The position numbers and the translations under genes were made by a program. From positions 128,150 through 192,149 of the forward strand of contig LIHN01000019.1 in NCBI GenBank assembly GCA_001314545.1: a DNA stretch of 64,000 nucleotides, given 5' to 3'. Positions within the stretch are counted from its first letter, which is position 1. Each line of letters starts with the position of its first letter. The notes beneath the pieces are model-generated. The model was given only the letters and a program-made list of their open reading frames with translations, ran no database searches and was not told the DNA's origin. Positions 1 to 8,793 of the stretch are shown piece by piece. The stretch comes from Bacteroidetes bacterium HLUCCA01 (GTDB lineage: Bacteria > Bacteroidota > Rhodothermia > Balneolales > HLUCCA01).

Positions 1-616
1 TGAAGATGGAAGGCTGAGCTCCATATCGCTGACCAGGTTTGCGATATCACGTTGCGTAGTCAGGTTTGGTTTGGCGGCTTCCAATACGTTAAGGTCAACC
101 TCGATTTCATCGTTGAACAGGTCGTCTCCGAGTACAAAAACCGGAAGGAAGGCTTCACCAACAGCCTGCGGATCGTTGAGTAAAAAAGTGGGCATACTGT
201 TGTAGACCAGTGAAACCCCCAGTCGGTTTTTAAACGGAGCCTTATAATAAAGTCCCAGACGGTAGCCCTGCTCCTGAGCAAGTTTGGTCTGAAAACCGGT
301 CAGGTCGAAGTTTAGACCAAATTGCAGGGGCGTATGAAAAAACACGGCTGCAACGAATCGTTCATGCACAGGAACGGAGACTGCGAATGAGGGGATATTA
401 TTATTGATATCCAGTTTCGCGCCGGTAGCCTGAACCAGCACTGCTTCCCATCAGATCAAAACCAAGCCGGAATCCAAAATTGAGGTTTCCACCCCGCCAG
501 GCCTCAATTTCAGGTACATCGGAATCTTCTTCGGTATCATTTCCAGCCTGAGCGAAGGCAACTGCGGGCGTTAGCCATAGGCTGGCCAGCAAGAGTAAGT
601 AGAAAAGTGTTCTCAT
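1..616 (-). pseudogene. Exported beta-barrel-like (outer-membrane type) protein, apparently frameshifted; 3' end lies beyond window start
   Basis: ORF 401..616 encodes a Sec signal peptide (MRTLFYLLLLASLWLTPAVAFAQ) and then stops. A second minus-strand frame is open from 450 down to base 1 (..ATGAKLDINNNIPSFAVSVPVHERF..GYRLGLYYKAPF..LVYNSM..) and has no start codon of its own. The two frames are both open only in 401..450. Confidence 0.45.
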
Positions 617-639
617 AATGTTGCAGGTGCTGATGGTCG

Positions 640-1249
640 TTAAAATTGAATGGCCAGGGATATCCGCTGGGTGTTTTCCAGATCCTGGATGAGATAGGCA
701 TAATCAATGCGGACTCTGACATTGTTGAGTACACCCACATTAAGGCCGAAACCAAGTGCATACCGCTCATCCGATATATCATTTATCCGCTGCTCTGTAC
801 CGGCGCGCAGGGCCAAATCGAGGCCAAAACCAGAGGCATCGCCGGTAATCTGATTCATCCGGCCAGCACTGATTTCGTCAGGCTCGAATACGATGTAGTC
901 AGCGTCATTGTACATATTTTTGCCGAAGGTTGAACTTCGGTATTTCAGACCAATTCCAGCTGATACAGGACCATATTGGTAGGCGTAGCCGAGGTGGACC
1001 GACAGCTCCCGCATAGTTTCGTCACCAGAGGAAATTATGGTAGCTCCGGCACCGTGTGGGAGCCCTGGCAGTGGCGCGGATCGTACGGTTTTCCTTGAGA
1101 AGCAGCTTGCTTATGAATTGCCCGTTGGAGTTTCCGGCTTTGATAGGCTCCAGAATTATTTGCTGAGCTACAGCGGCCTGGACAAAAACAATACACAGTA
1201 ATAGCGCAAGAAGCCATGGCTTCCCGCCCGGGTATGATTCTCTCATCAT
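640..1249 (-). pseudogene. Exported outer-membrane beta-barrel-like protein (about 200 aa if joined), apparently frameshifted
   Basis: ORF 1022..1249 gives the signal peptide (KPWLLALLLCIVFVQAAVAQQ). ORF 640..1014 ends in an OMP-like C-terminus (..RISLAIQF). The 640..1014 frame stays open upstream to 1107 with no ATG/GTG/TTG, so one gene with a shift inside 1022..1107 is the simplest reading. Confidence 0.45.
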
Positions 1250-1411
1250 AGTTTATTAGACGATCTAAGTTAACAGGTGCAATATGCAGTTGATGTACCC
1301 CCGTACACGCGACGTTTAGATACCACTAAAAAAAATGAGAAGCAATACGCCCGGAAACAAACACGCAAAATATTCTCGCAAATTCTTTTAAAGCGCGAGA
1401 GGTAAGTCGTA

Positions 1412-1864
1412 TCAGGAGTCAGTCGTGATTTTTACTAATGCCGCGGAGTTCATACAATACCGTAATCCAGAAGGCTTAGGACCGTCCGGAAAAACATGTC
1501 CCAGATGCGCATCGCAGGTATTGCACAACGTTTCTACGCGTACCATCCCGAAGCTGTGGTCAACCACGTATTTCACGACGTTTTCTTTGAGTGGCTGGGT
1601 GAAACTGGGCCAGCCTGTGCCCGATTCAAATTTTACCGTACTGTCAAAAAGCGGCGTTTTACAGCACACACAACCGTAGATTCCGGGATCAAATGAAGCG
1701 CAGTACGCACCGGTGAATGGTCGTTCAGTTCCATGCTTTCTGGTTACATAAAATTGTTCCTCTGTAAGCACTTCACGCCACGCTTCTTCCGTTTTTATTA
1801 TGCGCTGATCAGGTGCAGGATTAGCTTTATTGGCGAATTCGAGTATGTGGTTCCAGGTGATCAT
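1412..1864 (-). CDS. msrB: Peptide-methionine (R)-S-oxide reductase MsrB
   Basis: 150 aa. Two CxxC zinc pairs (CVCCKTPLF, CNTCDAHLGHVF) and a catalytic RYCMNS motif. ATGA overlap with the upstream alkB-like stop. Confidence 0.95.
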   Translation of the reverse strand: MITWNHILEFANKANPAPDQRIIKTEEAWREVLTEEQFYVTRKHGTERPFTGAYCASFDPGIYGCVCCKTPLFDSTVKFESGTGWPSFTQPLKENVVKYVVDHSFGMVRVETLCNTCDAHLGHVFPDGPKPSGLRYCMNSAALVKITTDS

Positions 1865-2466
1865 AGTGGTTTAATAGTCCTGAATGTTAAGTTTATGCGT
1901 GGTTCGCCGACTTTTTGGGTTGGAGGCAGACGATGCAGCCAATGCTCCTGCAAGGCGCCTTTCATTACCAGTAAGCTGCCATTGTCCAGCCACACATCCA
2001 CCCTGCTGGCATCCTTTCGGTGCTTGAATGCGAATTTGCGACGGGCACCCAAACTGAGGGAAGCTATAGCACCACCCTTCTGCAGCTCTTTTTCATTATC
2101 GGCGTGCCACCCCATGGCCTCCCCTCCGTTATGATACAAATTCAATAAACAAGAATTGTAGGTGTGTCCGCTTAAACGGGCAACCTGTTCACGGATTTTC
2201 AGTAGCAGCGGGGTCCAGGGCAACGCTTCCTTTCGGGAAGATGCATACGTGTATGCCAATCCGTTATCAGCGTACCATGCCATTTTGCGCTTTGTAACTA
2301 TTTTTTTGCCGAACATAACAACTTCATCGTGCTTCCAGGGTGTCTGGGCGTGCAGGGCATCAAATAGGGAGCGAGCCTCGGCAATCTCGAAAATAGCACC
2401 ATAGTAAACGGCCTCCCCATCGTGGGAGAGTATCTGCCGTGGATAGGATTCAAACAAATCAGCCAT
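1861..2466 (-). CDS. AlkB-family Fe(II)/2-oxoglutarate-dependent dioxygenase (alkylation repair)
   Basis: HxD (WHADNE) and RINLTFR motifs. I start it at the internal ATG 2466 (MADLFESYP..) because the longer ORF to 2568 overlaps the upstream gene. Confidence 0.9.
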   Translation of the reverse strand: MADLFESYPRQILSHDGEAVYYGAIFEIAEARSLFDALHAQTPWKHDEVVMFGKKIVTKRKMAWYADNGLAYTYASSRKEALPWTPLLLKIREQVARLSGHTYNSCLLNLYHNGGEAMGWHADNEKELQKGGAIASLSLGARRKFAFKHRKDASRVDVWLDNGSLLVMKGALQEHWLHRLPPTQKVGEPRINLTFRTIKPL

Positions 2467-2468
2467 GG

Positions 2469-2732
2469 TTATCGTCGCTGGTAGCCATATGGACTCACAA
2501 ACCTGCTGACGGACCCGGATCGAAGCTTTCCGTGTTTGGTCTTTCTGCCAGTTACACGCTTTCGCCACATTCTGAAACTGGATGCCTTCAGAGCGGTTCG
2601 CATTAATTCAATAACTTCCTGTTCGGACAAACCAAACTGAAAAGATATCGCTTCAAAGGGCGTGCGGTCTTCCCAGGCCATTTCAATGATTCGGCTCTGA
2701 TCTTCAGCGCTGAGAGTTGCAGATGATTTCAA
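2469..2732 (-). CDS. Small conserved protein, TIGR03643/DUF2805-like
   Basis: 87 aa. The pattern MAWEDRTPFEAI..FGLSEQEVIELMR..SFRMWRKRVTGRKTKH matches my memory of this family. Its stop lies 2 nt before the alkB-like start. Confidence 0.65.
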   Translation of the reverse strand: MKSSATLSAEDQSRIIEMAWEDRTPFEAISFQFGLSEQEVIELMRTALKASSFRMWRKRVTGRKTKHGKLRSGSVSRFVSPYGYQRR

Positions 2733-2789
2733 TAGCAGGTTGGTGTGGTTAATGTGAGATTGCCGGACTTCCTTAACGAAGATATATGG

Positions 2790-2866
<77 letters not shown>

Positions 2867-2878
2867 AGGTATACCACA

Positions 2879-3295
2879 TTAACTTTTCCCCTGTACATTA
2901 TCATTCCCGGTTTCGGACGTTTTTCCCGGAAAAACAATATGGGAAACACCTAAAAGTAAAAACAACTTGGATAAAATTGCCAAAAAAGCAACAAATCCGA
3001 TAGCATAACCACCCATTGCCACGGCTTCCTCGTTGAAATTCAACGCCACCATGGTTGTTACGATGAGCGCCAGATATGACACTACAGCTCCAATGAAGGC
3101 TGCTTTCTTTGGTATGTGGGGTCTGAGAACCAAAAACAACCCAAATAAGGCCAGCACGAAGGCGACGGCAACCACAAAAGCGGGATTCAGCGCCGAGTCA
3201 TCCGGCATCACAAACGCTGCTGCGGCAAGAACTGCCGAGGCCAGAATGGCGATGACCCCCGATTTCTGGAGACTTTGTGAAGTGATTACGTTCAT
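2879..3295 (-). CDS. Hypothetical integral membrane protein (about 4 TM)
   Basis: Hydrophobic helices throughout. The start is placed at internal MNVITSQ (3295) to avoid overlap with the upstream gene; the maximal ORF reaches 3337. Confidence 0.5.
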   Translation of the reverse strand: MNVITSQSLQKSGVIAILASAVLAAAAFVMPDDSALNPAFVVAVAFVLALFGLFLVLRPHIPKKAAFIGAVVSYLALIVTTMVALNFNEEAVAMGGYAIGFVAFLAILSKLFLLLGVSHIVFPGKTSETGNDNVQGKS

Positions 3296-3305
3296 AGCCT
3301 GCAAT

Positions 3306-3953
3306 TTACGGCTTTTGAAGATGTAATCGTACAACACGGCTCAGACCGGTATGATTATCGCCTTCAGCCAGGTCAATTTCGCATTCTTCAGCCATCAGTT
3401 TCAGGGCGCCGGGAAAACCTTCCATGAGGGAGTCCAGATCATACATGAAGGCTTCCGAACCCGGTCCGCCTACCGACCCGTATTTTTCCCGGTAAGCGAT
3501 GTGTGTCTTATGGTACCCTTCCAGTATAAGTCGACCGCCCGGCCTGATCCAGCTCCAGATTTTGCTATGAAACTGCTGCTGCTTTTCATCGGGGAAGTGC
3601 ACAAAGATGAGTGCTGCAAGGTCGAAGGTGGCTGCAGGGTACTCAACGTGTGGCATAGCTGCGACCTGATAATCAATTTTGACACCGTGCCTGTCGGCCA
3701 GCTGCTCCGCTTTACGCCGGGCCTGCTCACTCATATCAAAAGCCGAAACCTTCCAACCCCTTCGTGCGGCATATACCGCATTTCGTCCCTCTCCTTCAGC
3801 GGGCAGCAGCAGCCTTCCAGCGGGAAGCTGGTCGATTTGTTCACGGAAAAATACATTGGGTTCCTCACCGAAGACGTATGTTTCAGAGGCGTACCGATCA
3901 TCCCAGAATTCTTTCATATTGCTTAGTATGTAATTTATAGGAACAGCAGACAA
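3306..3953 (-). CDS. Class I SAM-dependent methyltransferase
   Basis: Motif I-like LLLPAEGEGRNAVYAARRGWKVSAFDMS. Size and layout fit small TehB/TPMT-like methyltransferases. The start may be MKEFWDDRY at 3917. Confidence 0.8.
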   Translation of the reverse strand: MSAVPINYILSNMKEFWDDRYASETYVFGEEPNVFFREQIDQLPAGRLLLPAEGEGRNAVYAARRGWKVSAFDMSEQARRKAEQLADRHGVKIDYQVAAMPHVEYPAATFDLAALIFVHFPDEKQQQFHSKIWSWIRPGGRLILEGYHKTHIAYREKYGSVGGPGSEAFMYDLDSLMEGFPGALKLMAEECEIDLAEGDNHTGLSRVVRLHLQKP

Positions 3954-4013
3954 CTAACTGCAATGCATCAAGTTACTCATTATACACCGACCATGGGTCC
4001 TATGCAGTGGGGG

Positions 4014-5282
4014 TTAGAATTCGAGTGACTGATACAGCAGGGTTCGTAATTTTGCATGAATATCAGATCCGGTTGATGGAATAAGCTGGGTAAAGAACAC
4101 CACCACCAGGCCGTCCTGCGGACTAACCCAGTACGTAGAATGATAGGCGCCTCCCCATCCGTAGTCCCCGACTGCACCGGGAACACCCCGCACACCCAGA
4201 TCTGTAACGATGTCGAAACCCAGTCCGATGCCAAGTCCCGGTCTGAAAGGTATACCGTCAAGATGGTTAACTGTCATGAGTTCAACCGTGGCAGGACTCA
4301 GAATCCGCACATCGTCAAGAATACCTCCGTTGAGCATCATCTGCAGAAAGCGGGCATAATCCTGCGCTGTTGAAACCAATCCGGCACCACCGCCGAAGGT
4401 AACACGGGGGCCCTGCACATAGTGCCCCTGTCCTGCCCCCAGACCCGGGTCCGGGGCGCGAACCAATCCCTGCTGTGATGCCGAGTATACGGTGGCTAAT
4501 CGATCCACTTTCTCCTCAGGGACAAAAAAATGGGTATCCCTCATAGCAAGGGGTCCGAATAGCGCTTCCTGAAGATATTCATCCAACGGCCTGCCGCTTA
4601 CCTCTTCGATGAGAGCCCCCAGGATGTCATTGGCATACCCGTAGACGAACCGCTCAGCAGGTTGAGCGTCCATCGGCAGGCGAGCCATAGAACGGACCAG
4701 TTCACGTACAGGAACCGCACGGTCGGCCAGGTACCAGCCCTGAATACCGGCCTGCCTCCAGGCATCAGCGGCTACGCCGTACCCATACCCGATACCGGCT
4801 GTATGCATAAGCAAATCCCGTATTGTGATTGGTCTGTTTGCCGGAACCACCGTATAACCTCGTTCGCTTGAGTCCGGTACAGCCACCGTAGTTTCCATGA
4901 ACTCAGGCAGGTATTTACCCACCGGATCCTGAATCAGCAGCCGCCCCTCCTCCTGGAGGATCATCACCGCAACGCTGATAATCGCTTTGGTCTGGGAAGC
5001 AATCCGAAACATGGTATCATACTGCATTGGTGTTTGTGCTTCCAGATCCTGGCTGCCGGCGGCATGAAAGAAAACCTGCTGCCCGTCGCGCAAAATTAAC
5101 GTCACTGAGCCGGCATTTCGCTGCTCTTTTGCATAATCGTCAAGGGTTTGCTGAAGGCGGAACAATCTTTCCGGCGAAAATCCGGCGTCCAGCGGAGCGA
5201 TTTGCGGAAAGGCTGATTGAGCCCGTACGGGAGCAATAAAGCCAGCAGCTATGAAGAGCAGCAGCAGAATTTTTTTTACCAT
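4014..5282 (-). CDS. Exported serine hydrolase, beta-lactamase (class C/PBP4-like) family
   Basis: Signal peptide MVKKILLLLFIAAGFIAPVRAQ. SxxK motif (ASQTKAI). 422 aa. Confidence 0.85.
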   Translation of the reverse strand: MVKKILLLLFIAAGFIAPVRAQSAFPQIAPLDAGFSPERLFRLQQTLDDYAKEQRNAGSVTLILRDGQQVFFHAAGSQDLEAQTPMQYDTMFRIASQTKAIISVAVMILQEEGRLLIQDPVGKYLPEFMETTVAVPDSSERGYTVVPANRPITIRDLLMHTAGIGYGYGVAADAWRQAGIQGWYLADRAVPVRELVRSMARLPMDAQPAERFVYGYANDILGALIEEVSGRPLDEYLQEALFGPLAMRDTHFFVPEEKVDRLATVYSASQQGLVRAPDPGLGAGQGHYVQGPRVTFGGGAGLVSTAQDYARFLQMMLNGGILDDVRILSPATVELMTVNHLDGIPFRPGLGIGLGFDIVTDLGVRGVPGAVGDYGWGGAYHSTYWVSPQDGLVVVFFTQLIPSTGSDIHAKLRTLLYQSLEF

Positions 5283-5358
5283 GGTGGTAGTTGGCTTCGT
5301 GATGGTTGGTATGGCCGCGGGCCCCGACGTTCTGTGCCGTATTTAACACGGGTAGTAC

Positions 5359-8300
5359 TCACGTAATCCGCTTGAGCACCCGCTCAAACACATCCGGTTT
5401 CAAACCGTACTTGTCTGCCAGCACAGCCAGCCGGACCTGCAGCAGATCGCCCGGAATAGGGTCGCCATCGGGAAGGTATCCTTTTTCCCTAAAGAATGCT
5501 TCCAGTTTGTTGATGGAAGCTCTGCGGAAATTGGGTACAGCTCTGCTTTTGAGTGCCTCGAGCAGTTGAACCGGGTCGCCCTGGCATTCATTCTGAAGCA
5601 CCTCCACTACCTGGTCGTGATAGGCTTCCGTCACGGCTCCGGACTCGATAATTTCAGAAACTCCCGCCGGTCTGCTCCTGCCTTGTGATAGCAGCCGTGC
5701 GGCGTCCTGCAAGGCATCGACCATACGGCGGAGTTTCTGCATGGCATCGGGTTGTACGGGCACCCAATCTGCATCATCATCGTATAGGGCATCCAGTTGC
5801 CCCCAGGTGCGGATGTGACGCGTCAGCAAGGCATGTAATTGAGCTACATCCTCCGTGAGCACAGCCAGTGGCAGCTCATACACGGAATCACGGATAAGAT
5901 GATAACCGGGCAGGTCAAGCTGGTCGAGGTATTCTTGATAGGACAACCTGGAATCGGGCAGGTCGACCTGCACCGCGGGAATCGGCACCGCAGGCGGTTC
6001 AGCAAGTGCATCGGTGGAATCCTGGGAAAGCTCCAGCAGGCTGAAACCGATCTTCTCCTGGTCAAACTTTTGCAGCCACTTGGCAATTTCATCTTTTTGG
6101 GCGGTAAAATAGAAGAGTTGTCTGCCGGTACGGGCGATGGAGATTAACGCATCAATAATGGCTTCCGCCCTGATGTCATCGCTGTTGGCCAAAAGCTCAT
6201 CGGCAAAAACGGGTAGTCTTGCCGGACCTTCCTTGACTTCAACAAAGGCGAGTCGTACGGCTATGAGCAGTTGGATCCGGGTGCCCGAGGAGAGTTCACC
6301 GAGCTGCAGCAAGGTGTTGGAGCGTTGATCAACAGCCACAAATGCTCCTGCTCCCGGACTAACCTCAAGAAGATACCGGCCCCGGGTTATCAGGCTGAAC
6401 AAGGTACGTGCCCTGCGCAAAACGGCAGGTATACTGGTATCACTCACCTGTCGGCTTACCTGCTGTTCTATGGCAGCGCCCAGCACGGAACGCAGTCGGG
6501 ACTGGTAGCTGGCCTGCAGTTTTTCAAGTGTTTCATCTGCACGTACCAGAGCCGATTGCAGCTGTGTAGAAGAGCCGTAGCGTCTGGCATCGCTTTCAAT
6601 GATGGCGATTTTTCGCGTAAGATCATCGTAGGTATCAGCCACTGCCTGCCACTGAATGATCAACTGTCCGGTTTGGGCAACGTCATATCCATTCCAGTCG
6701 GGAAAAAACACAGCTGCAGGACTGTCATTCAGGCGTTTTTGTGTTTGTGCGAGGGTGTCTGTAACACGGTCCAGTTCTCTTCGGGCCTCGCTCCAATCGG
6801 GTTTTTGATCGCACAATCTGCGTATTTCCTCCGTTGAGGGGTCCGGCATGCCGAGGCGGGATGTAATTTGAGCTTTTTCTTTTCTGGCGGAATCAATCTG
6901 ACGATTGAGGTTTGTTAACTGATTCAGCTGATTTTGGAGCTTTTCACGCAGAGTAACCAGGTTTTCAAAGGCACGCACGGCATATCGGACTGCGGCAAGG
7001 CGTGATTCCATACCACCATCATCAGGTTTAACACCAAAGACGTCAAGCAGCGCATCCATGTGCTCCATGTGCGATTTAACCCGGGCGTCGGCTATTGATA
7101 CCTGCTCTTGCTGTACTGCGTGGGCCTGCTGAAGTTCGCGCAGTGTATACAGATCTTTGATATGATAGAAAAAATTACCGGCATCAATGTCATGGACCCC
7201 ATGCAGACCTACCTGACCCATGAGTTCGTGGTACGATTCCAGAAAGTCTTCTTCCTGCTGCACCAGCTGAGATAAACGTCGTTCACTGCGTTCAAATTCA
7301 ATCCGTAACCGGTCAGCTTCAGCAGCGGCCTGCATCCATACAATCAGCTCCGAAAGCAGGTTTGAAACCGCCTGAGGGGTCCAGTCAGCGGGTTGGGGCA
7401 GATCCAGATCCGTGTAATCCTTTTGCCTGATTACCGACGGATCTGCAGCCGTTGAGGACTTCCTGGCAGCCAGCCACCAAATAACGGGGAACAGCAGAAA
7501 TAGCAGAAATCCTGTACTACCCGCCAGCCAGACAACAAGGGCGCTCAGCAGTGCCAGCCCGCCTGTTATCCAAAGCCATCGTGAAGCTACGCCGGGTACC
7601 GCCCCTGACGAAGGCTCCCGAAGCCAGGCGGTCAGTGCTGTAATTCCACGCGACAACACCTGCGCATCGTAGGGTGTTTGCAGTGCCTCGAGCCGTTGCT
7701 GCGCCGTCTGAATTATATCACGCAGGGTCGCAAGCTGTTCACGGGTGGATATCAGCTTTTGATGCAGACTCTCGGCTTTGGTCAGCTGTTCGTAATCCAA
7801 CCGGGTAAAATCTGCAGATGCCAGAGGCTGCAACTTCTGAATTCCTGCGGCAATCTCCTGCAGGGAACGCCCGGCATTTTGTTGGGAGGCATGCAACTCG
7901 CGCAATGTTTGAGCCTGCTCTTCCAGCGTTCGAATGCGTATTTCTGCGTCATCAAGCTGAGGAAAGCCGATAGCTTCTATTTCCGCCCGGATGGCATCAA
8001 TCCGGGCGCTGGTCCGGTCCAGTTCTGATTGCAGCTCCATTTCCTGCCGGTCAAGCAGCTCGAGGCGGTCTGCATCGTCAGTATGAATCTTTTCCAACAC
8101 AGCCGGATAGCCCTGAACGCGTATTTCCGCCTGTGTATACACATCGCGAAGCTGCTGATATTCCTGTAGTGTCGTTAAAAATTGTACTTTTTTGCCGGCA
8201 TCAGCCGCTTCGGCCTGTCTGGATTTGAGTTGCTCAATACTATCAGCCAGTTCCCGGACCCTCGACTGTCCGGCCTGCAGTTCTTTCAACTCAGTCTGCG

Positions 8301-8793
8301 CCTGCGCTGCGGCCTTCTGCTCCGTCGTATTCCCTCCTTTTGTGCTTGGACTGTAGCCGAGCAGTTTGGAGGCGGCTTCAATATTATATCCGCCGATGGC
8401 AGCACGGTAAATCTGAGCGGCCAGATCTGCGTCTTCCGCCTGAAGGAGGTCGTGCAGGGCAAGCATATACCGTTGAGCATCATCCGGAGATGGCAGAAAC
8501 GACGGTGCTTCTACAGGGTTTCCTCTTCGATACCATTGCGGATTGCCCACCGATTTTCGGATATCCCAACGTTCATTCCGGTAAGACACAACCGCATTAT
8601 AATGAGTATCCGAACCCTTGCCAGGACAAACAACCTGGAGAAGCGTTCTGGCCGTTGTACTCTTGCCGGAACCGTTCGGACCAGTTATGATGGTTATCGG
8701 GTTGGTGAACGCAGAAAAAACCGACATCCCGGCGGGAAAACCCGGCGCTTTTGTAATATGCAGTGATTCAATAAATACGGTCTGTTCGTCCAT
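5359..8793 (-). CDS. SbcC/Rad50-like (YhaN-type) AAA ATPase with central TM hairpin and C-terminal extension
   Basis: Walker A GPNGSGKST. Long coiled-coil-like stretches. Hydrophobic hairpin RWLWITGGLALLSALVVWLAGSTGFLLFLLFPVIWWLAARK (about nt 7465-7586). Signature-like ELSSGTRIQLL and Walker B-like LPVFADELL. Start taken at MDEQTVF (ATG 8791-8793), which overlaps the upstream stop by 1 nt. Confidence 0.8.
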   Translation of the reverse strand: MDEQTVFIESLHITKAPGFPAGMSVFSAFTNPITIITGPNGSGKSTTARTLLQVVCPGKGSDTHYNAVVSYRNERWDIRKSVGNPQWYRRGNPVEAPSFLPSPDDAQRYMLALHDLLQAEDADLAAQIYRAAIGGYNIEAASKLLGYSPSTKGGNTTEQKAAAQAQTELKELQAGQSRVRELADSIEQLKSRQAEAADAGKKVQFLTTLQEYQQLRDVYTQAEIRVQGYPAVLEKIHTDDADRLELLDRQEMELQSELDRTSARIDAIRAEIEAIGFPQLDDAEIRIRTLEEQAQTLRELHASQQNAGRSLQEIAAGIQKLQPLASADFTRLDYEQLTKAESLHQKLISTREQLATLRDIIQTAQQRLEALQTPYDAQVLSRGITALTAWLREPSSGAVPGVASRWLWITGGLALLSALVVWLAGSTGFLLFLLFPVIWWLAARKSSTAADPSVIRQKDYTDLDLPQPADWTPQAVSNLLSELIVWMQAAAEADRLRIEFERSERRLSQLVQQEEDFLESYHELMGQVGLHGVHDIDAGNFFYHIKDLYTLRELQQAHAVQQEQVSIADARVKSHMEHMDALLDVFGVKPDDGGMESRLAAVRYAVRAFENLVTLREKLQNQLNQLTNLNRQIDSARKEKAQITSRLGMPDPSTEEIRRLCDQKPDWSEARRELDRVTDTLAQTQKRLNDSPAAVFFPDWNGYDVAQTGQLIIQWQAVADTYDDLTRKIAIIESDARRYGSSTQLQSALVRADETLEKLQASYQSRLRSVLGAAIEQQVSRQVSDTSIPAVLRRARTLFSLITRGRYLLEVSPGAGAFVAVDQRSNTLLQLGELSSGTRIQLLIAVRLAFVEVKEGPARLPVFADELLANSDDIRAEAIIDALISIARTGRQLFYFTAQKDEIAKWLQKFDQEKIGFSLLELSQDSTDALAEPPAVPIPAVQVDLPDSRLSYQEYLDQLDLPGYHLIRDSVYELPLAVLTEDVAQLHALLTRHIRTWGQLDALYDDDADWVPVQPDAMQKLRRMVDALQDAARLLSQGRSRPAGVSEIIESGAVTEAYHDQVVEVLQNECQGDPVQLLEALKSRAVPNFRRASINKLEAFFREKGYLPDGDPIPGDLLQVRLAVLADKYGLKPDVFERVLKRIT

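Noticed and set aside
2467-2568. N-terminal extension of the AlkB ORF
   Set aside because: It overlaps the 3' end of the TIGR03643-like gene in another frame. ATG 2466 gives a normal-length AlkB and a compact operon junction.
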